Positions 59,363 through 64,000 of a stretch of 64,000 nucleotides of DNA are shown here, one piece after another. Below the pieces are notes generated by a model, which was given only the letters and a program-made list of their open reading frames with translations, was not told the DNA's origin and ran no database searches. The DNA comes from an uncultured Chloroflexia bacterium (GTDB taxonomy: Bacteria; Chloroflexota; Chloroflexia; Thermomicrobiales; UBA6265). A program made the position numbers and the translations under genes. Every line of letters starts with the position of its first letter. The stretch's first letter is position 1. The DNA is taken from contig CAVUKC010000002.1 of assembly GCA_963741965.1 (NCBI GenBank), positions 1,378,004 to 1,442,003 on the forward strand. The letters are read 5' to 3'.

Positions 59363-60511
59363 ATGACACCCATCCGGCGACACTCACGGGAGCCACCATT
59401 GCGCATCGCCCTCGTCCACGACTACCTCACCCAGTATGGCGGTGCCGAGCGGGTTCTCGACGTGTTGTACGCCACATATGCGGACAGTCCGCGGCACGTT
59501 TACACCTCGTTCTACGTCCCGGAGCAACTGCCACCACCGATGCGCCTCTGGCCGGTGACCACCAGCTCCCTCTCACGCATCCCGCTCGCTGCCCGGACGC
59601 ACCGCGCCTGGCTGCCTCTCTACCCCAGGATGTTCCGGCGATTGGGGAGATCGATCGACGCCGATGTGGTGATTGCCGACACAAGCGCGTGGGCGCACCA
59701 CGCGGCACCGCCACCGGGCATACCCTTCATCGTCTACTGCCACTCCCCTGCCCGCTTCCTCTATGGAGACGAGCACTATCTCGAAGCCGCCGACATGCCC
59801 GCGCCGCTCGGCTGGCTCTCGACCCATCTCTTCGCCTGGCTGCGGCGGCAGGACGTCGCCGCAGCGCAGGTGCCCGACAGGATCATCGCGAACTCGGCGG
59901 CGGTGCAGCGACGCATCCGGGAGGTGTGGCATCGGGACGCCGAGATCGTTCACCCGCCCATCGACACCCGGCAGTTCCGGCCAACAATGGAGAAGCCCGT
60001 CCAGCCGTGGTTTCTCGTCGTATCGCGCCTGGTGCCGCACAAGTGGATCGACCGCGCGATCCTGGCGAGCAACCGAACCGGCCAGCCGTTGCGGATCATC
60101 GGAACCGGACGCGCGGAGCGTTCACTCAAGCGCATCGCCGGCCCGCAGGTCGAGTTCATGGGGCCGCTGGCAGACCAGTTCGTGGTGGATGCGATGCAGC
60201 AGTGCCAGGCGCTGCTGCTGCCAGGTGTCGAGGACTTCGGCATGACCGCCGTGGAGGTGCAGGCCGCGGGGAGACCGGTCATCGCGGCGGCCGGCGGCGG
60301 CGCGCTGGAGACCGTGGTTGACGGTGAGACCGGGATTCTCGTGCCTGTCGGGGACATCGACGCCCTCGCGGATGCGATGCAACGCGTGTCCGAGCGATCG
60401 TGGGACACGAAGGCAATCCAGCAGCACGCGGATCGCTTCGACGTCCGTCACTTTCAGGCGCGAATCCGTGGGATTATCGATGAGGTGATCGCCGAACGCG
60501 GCTGCAGGTAA
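59363..60511 (+). CDS. Glycosyltransferase, GT4 (GT-B) family
   Basis: Contains RIALVHDYLTQYGGAERV and EDFGMTAVEVQAAGRPVIA...GGALETV. Start is ATG 59363 or TTG 59399 (GGGAG RBS). The upstream 259 codons of the track ORF are antisense to the YcaQ-like gene. Confidence 0.86.
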   Translation: MTPIRRHSREPPLRIALVHDYLTQYGGAERVLDVLYATYADSPRHVYTSFYVPEQLPPPMRLWPVTTSSLSRIPLAARTHRAWLPLYPRMFRRLGRSIDADVVIADTSAWAHHAAPPPGIPFIVYCHSPARFLYGDEHYLEAADMPAPLGWLSTHLFAWLRRQDVAAAQVPDRIIANSAAVQRRIREVWHRDAEIVHPPIDTRQFRPTMEKPVQPWFLVVSRLVPHKWIDRAILASNRTGQPLRIIGTGRAERSLKRIAGPQVEFMGPLADQFVVDAMQQCQALLLPGVEDFGMTAVEVQAAGRPVIAAAGGGALETVVDGETGILVPVGDIDALADAMQRVSERSWDTKAIQQHADRFDVRHFQARIRGIIDEVIAERGCR

Positions 60512-60514
60512 GGA

Positions 60515-61267
60515 TCAGCGCCCGAACCGGAACGCCCACACCCGCAACGCCGCCTCGAGCACGACCCGTCGGGAGAGCTTGGACTTTCCGGCGACGCGGT
60601 CATGAAACAGGATCGGAACCTGAGCGACGCGCGCGCCGTGGCGCACCGCTCGGTACGTCGTCTCGATCTGGAAGCTGTAGCCGTCCGAGGTGATGCTCTC
60701 CAGATCGATCGATCGGAGCAGCTCACGCCGCCACACCTTGAAGCCGCCGGTGAGGTCGCGAATCGGCACGCCGAGCACCACGCCCGCATACCATCCTCCC
60801 GCGCGGCTGATCATCCGGCGGTGCCACGGCCAGCCCTCGGTGGCGCCACCGGCGATGTAGCGGCTGCCGAGCACGAGATCGACATCGTCAGTCATCGCCT
60901 CCACCATCGTCTTGAGGTCCTCGGGGCGATGCGAAAGATCGGCGTCCATCTGCGCGATGACCGGCACATCCGTGGCGAGCGCGCGCTCGAACCCGGCGAT
61001 GTAGGCCCGGCCGAGTCCCTGCTTGCGTGCGCGATGCAGCACATCCACACGACCGCAGGATCGTTCGGCGAGATCGTCCGCGACGGCGCCCGTGCCGTCC
61101 GGCGAGGTGTCATCGACCACGAGCACGCGAAAGCGATCGTCGAGCGCGAGCAGCTGCCGGACGATCTCGGGGAGGTTCTCTCGCTCGTTGTAGGTTGGAA
61201 TGACCACCAGGACGGGTGCGGAAGATGTGGTGTCCGATGGTGACGCAGCCGAAGGCCGCGACGTCAC
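60515..61267 (-). CDS. Polyprenol-phosphate mannose/glucose synthase (GT2, Dpm1/Ppm1-like)
   Basis: Contains VVIPTYNERENL, VVDDTSPDGT, QMDADLSH and a C-terminal basic amphipathic end. GTGA overlap with the upstream gene. Confidence 0.9.
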   Translation of the reverse strand: MTSRPSAASPSDTTSSAPVLVVIPTYNERENLPEIVRQLLALDDRFRVLVVDDTSPDGTGAVADDLAERSCGRVDVLHRARKQGLGRAYIAGFERALATDVPVIAQMDADLSHRPEDLKTMVEAMTDDVDLVLGSRYIAGGATEGWPWHRRMISRAGGWYAGVVLGVPIRDLTGGFKVWRRELLRSIDLESITSDGYSFQIETTYRAVRHGARVAQVPILFHDRVAGKSKLSRRVVLEAALRVWAFRFGR

Positions 61268-61647
61268 GACTGGTCGTCCCCCCGCTCTCGCGACAGCAGG
61301 AACTGCACCTGAACCAGGAGGGCATCGACGTCGAACGGCTTCGCCAGCAGGGCGTCGGCCTCGAGCTCGGGGGTGCGGTCACGAAGAGTACGGCTCGCCG
61401 ACATCGCAATAATGGGAAGATCGCGGGTTTCAGCTTCCTTGCGGAGGCGGGAGATCAGCTTGCCGCCGTCGACACCGGGGAGCATGATGTCCATCAGGAT
61501 CAGGTCCGGCTTCCAGTCGCGAGCGAGCATGAGGCCCTGGGCACCGTCGCGCGCGATCGCGACCGTATACCCCTCGTTCTTCAGAACGATGTCGATCAGC
61601 TGGGCGACATCTTCCTGGTCTTCAACAATGAGAATGCGGGATGACAC
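61264..61647 (-). CDS. Stand-alone response-regulator receiver (CheY-like)
   Basis: Contains ILIVEDQED, DLILMDIMLPGVDG and LAKPF. 127 aa. GTG start. Confidence 0.9.
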   Translation of the reverse strand: MSSRILIVEDQEDVAQLIDIVLKNEGYTVAIARDGAQGLMLARDWKPDLILMDIMLPGVDGGKLISRLRKEAETRDLPIIAMSASRTLRDRTPELEADALLAKPFDVDALLVQVQFLLSRERGDDQS

Positions 61648-61798
61648 TCGGGCACGTCCCCTGTCTCGCCGGAGCCTGCCGGCCGCCAGTATCTCCCACT
61701 ATCATCCCACGGCACCCTCGTACGTACAAGGCGACAGACCGTACGCAGTTGACGTGCGATACCATCGTGAGGGCAGCCAGCGGGGCCGTCGCTTCGGA

Positions 61799-63133
61799 CT
61801 ACATCTGCGGATCGGTGTCCTCGACGTCCGCGCCGAGCGAGTTCAGCTTGGCCACGAAGTTCTCGTAGCCGCGGTCGATGTGATAGACCTCCTCGAGCTC
61901 GGTCTCCCCATCGGCGACCAGCCCGGCGAGCACCATGCAGACCGCCGCGCGGATGTCGATCGCCGCGACGCGCGCACCGCGAAGTCTGGTCGGCCCGTGG
62001 ATCTCCGCCGAGGTCGCGAACAGCTCGCCGGTCGAGCCGATACGCTCGACCCGGATGTCCGCACCCATCTTCAGCAGCTCTGTGGTGTAGCGGAGACGGT
62101 CCTCGTACACGCGCTCATGCACGCGCGAGGTGCCCTCGGCCTGTGTCAGCATCGCGGTGAAGGGCGCCTGCAGGTCCGTGGGAAAGCCGGGGAACGGCAG
62201 CGTCTGAATGTCGACGCCCTTGAGCCGCCGGCCGGCGCGGATGAGCATCAGCTCGTTGCTGTGCCACACCTCGGCACCCATCTCGAGCAGCTTTTCCGTG
62301 AGGGGCAGCATGTGCGACTCGCGCACGTCCCGCAGCGTCACCTCACCACCGGTCATGATCGCGCCGATCGCGAACGAGCCGGCCTCGAGCCGATCCGGCG
62401 GGATGTAGTCGGAGACGCCCCGTAACCGCTCGACACCGTCGATGGTCAGGATCGGCGATCCAAGCCCGCTGATGCGGGCCCCCATGCGGTTGAGGAGCTG
62501 ACCCAGCCAGACGACCTCGGGCTCCGCCGACGCGTTGACGATCACCGTCTTGCCCGTCGCCAGGGTCGCCGCCATCAGCAGGTTCTCGGTGCCGGTGTGG
62601 CTCGGGTAATCCATGTAGATGCGCGAGCCACGCAACTTGCCGCCCTGCGCGATGATCTCGTCGCCACGGTGCTCGATCTTCGCGCCGAGGCGTTGAAACC
62701 CACGCAGGTGAACGTCGATCGGCCGGCGGCCGATCTGGTCACCACCGGGCATGAAGAACGAGACCTCGCCGCAGCGGGCAAGCATGGGGCCAGCCGCCAC
62801 CACCGAGGCACGGGTCGGGCGAAAAAGGCTCGGCGGTGCCGAGGTGCGCGTGATCTCGCGCGCGCGAACAACGACACGGCCGGAGTCACGCTCGACCTCG
62901 ACTTCGGCGCCGAACGCCCGAAGCAGGTCCGCCATCGAGAGCACGTCGGCCAGCATCGGCACATTGTTGAGCACAACCTCCTCGGAGGTGAGTAGCGTGG
63001 CGGCCATGGCCTTGAGTGCGGCATTCTTGGCGCCGCTGATGGTGATCTCGCCGCGGAGCGGGTGGCCGCCCCGGATCTTGAGAAGGCGCTCGTCAGTGTC
63101 GGGTTGCGTGGTGGAGAGCACGGCTCTTCCCAT
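61799..63133 (-). CDS. murA: UDP-N-acetylglucosamine 1-carboxyvinyltransferase (Asp at the fosfomycin-target position)
   Basis: Contains ISGAKNAALK, PGGDQIGRRPID and full-length MurA collinearity. AAGGAG lies 7 nt before ATG 63133. Confidence 0.95.
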   Translation of the reverse strand: MGRAVLSTTQPDTDERLLKIRGGHPLRGEITISGAKNAALKAMAATLLTSEEVVLNNVPMLADVLSMADLLRAFGAEVEVERDSGRVVVRAREITRTSAPPSLFRPTRASVVAAGPMLARCGEVSFFMPGGDQIGRRPIDVHLRGFQRLGAKIEHRGDEIIAQGGKLRGSRIYMDYPSHTGTENLLMAATLATGKTVIVNASAEPEVVWLGQLLNRMGARISGLGSPILTIDGVERLRGVSDYIPPDRLEAGSFAIGAIMTGGEVTLRDVRESHMLPLTEKLLEMGAEVWHSNELMLIRAGRRLKGVDIQTLPFPGFPTDLQAPFTAMLTQAEGTSRVHERVYEDRLRYTTELLKMGADIRVERIGSTGELFATSAEIHGPTRLRGARVAAIDIRAAVCMVLAGLVADGETELEEVYHIDRGYENFVAKLNSLGADVEDTDPQM

Positions 63134-63317
63134 TGGGGACTCCTTGAAGCGATGGGAGGTGGAGCCGGTGATGCGACATGCATCAGTGGTGCCCGGCATC
63201 GCTTCGGAAAGTATACGCTCTGCCAGGAGAAGACATGAACGGACACAACGACACCCCAGCCGATGCGTGACCGGCTGGGGCGTGCAGCATTCTGCAGTTC
63301 GTGCGTGAGCGCAGCGC

Positions 63318-63752
63318 TTACCCTTGCTGACGGTTCCTGGCGTACTCGCGCCCGCCCCGCGCCAGGCGCAGCCGGACGATCGCGCGCCGGAGCGCAGCTT
63401 CGGCCTCGGCGATGTCCTCGCGGTCCTTCGTATTGCGGAGCGTCTCCTCCGCGCGGGCGCGTGCCGCCTCAGCACGCTCGATGTCGATATCCGAGGTCCG
63501 CTCCGCCGTGTCGGCGAGAACGACCACGCGGTTGTGGACGATCTCCAGGAAACCGCCATGCACCGCGAGGGAGTCCTCGTCGCCGCCGGACTTGATGCGG
63601 AGCTCGCCCTCCTTGAGCAGGGTCACGAGTGGCGCGTGGTTGGGCAGGATGCCCAGCGTGCCCTCGAAGCCGGGGGCGACGACCATGCTGGCGTCATCGT
63701 TCTCGTAGACGACGCGCTCGCCGGTCACGACCTCCACCGAGAGATTCGCCAT
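63318..63752 (-). CDS. atpC: F1 ATP synthase epsilon subunit
   Basis: Contains VVTGERVVYE, GILPNHAPL and a C-terminal helical hairpin. The RBS is AAGGAGG. Confidence 0.93.
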   Translation of the reverse strand: MANLSVEVVTGERVVYENDDASMVVAPGFEGTLGILPNHAPLVTLLKEGELRIKSGGDEDSLAVHGGFLEIVHNRVVVLADTAERTSDIDIERAEAARARAEETLRNTKDREDIAEAEAALRRAIVRLRLARGGREYARNRQQG

Positions 63753-63774
63753 GTTCAGCCTCCTTGGGCAAACC

Positions 63775-63807
63775 GACCGGCGTCACGATGCGATCGTGAC
63801 GCCGGTC
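63775..63807 (-). promoter_or_regulatory. Perfect intercistronic stem-loop between atpD and atpC
   Basis: GACCGGCGTCACGAT - GCG - ATCGTGACGCCGGTC forms a 15-bp perfect stem inside the 62-nt spacer. Confidence 0.4.
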
Positions 63808-63814
63808 AGCGCGA

Positions 63815-64000
63815 CTAGCGATTCTCGGCTTCCATCCGCTCGGCGGCTTCCACGACCTCGTCGATGCCGCCCTTGTACATGAACGCGGCTTCCGGCTTGT
63901 CGTCGTGCTTGCCCTCGAGGATCTCCTTGAAGGAACGCACACTCTCCGCCAGCGGGACGAAACGACCCGGCGTTCCGGTGAACTGCTCGGCGGTGAAGTA
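63815..64000 (-). CDS. atpD: F1 ATP synthase beta subunit, C-terminal 61 codons (rest outside window)
   Basis: Hand translation gives [61 protein letters not shown], a typical AtpD C-terminus. Confidence 0.93.
   Translation of the reverse strand, partial: YFTAEQFTGTPGRFVPLAESVRSFKEILEGKHDDKPEAAFMYKGGIDEVVEAAERMEAENR

Overview
This is a gene-dense, high-GC (roughly two-thirds G+C by eye) bacterial chromosomal segment with about 60 protein-coding genes. I saw no rRNA, tRNA, CRISPR array, transposase or integrase. All calls come from reading the supplied translations and DNA by eye (motifs, RBS, start context, hairpins); no database search was possible.

Most of the content is housekeeping:
- Core metabolism and translation: a TPP enzyme, 7Fe ferredoxin, pyrF, guaB, proC, dtd, ispD/ispF, rny, murA, atpD/atpC and HtrA.
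- Envelope and redox: an L,D-transpeptidase, a SoxC/SorA-like molybdenum sulfite dehydrogenase with a cytochrome-c-like partner, a GH13 trehalose-synthase-like enzyme and UDP-xylose synthase.
- Regulation and segregation: a Usp plus GAF-PAS histidine kinase plus OmpR-type regulator, and two ParA ATPases with one ParB.
- Other: a SpoVS-like protein, YsnF/DUF2382 proteins and a double PQQ-type beta-propeller protein.

A YYY-domain (DUF2298) giant membrane protein, SpoVS, RNase Y and LPXTG-type tails at this GC suggest a Chloroflexota/Thermomicrobia-like organism. That is inference only.

Nothing looks like a mobile island or a known defence system. The points most worth a second look are:
1. A SoxD/SorB-like subunit whose CXXCH reads GAAWH and which has no signal peptide.
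2. A mini-operon of tiny ORFs with two paralogous ~35-aa membrane peptides, one absent from the ORF track.
3. A putative surface O-glycosylation neighbourhood: a GT39-like/YYY protein, a Thr/Pro-repeat LPATG protein and UXS.
4. Four reading-frame breaks at short repeats (YYY gene, the LPATG gene twice, ispD). These are either real pseudogenisation or assembly indels.
5. A SpoVS homologue with a long acidic N-terminal extension behind an unusually long, lower-GC spacer.
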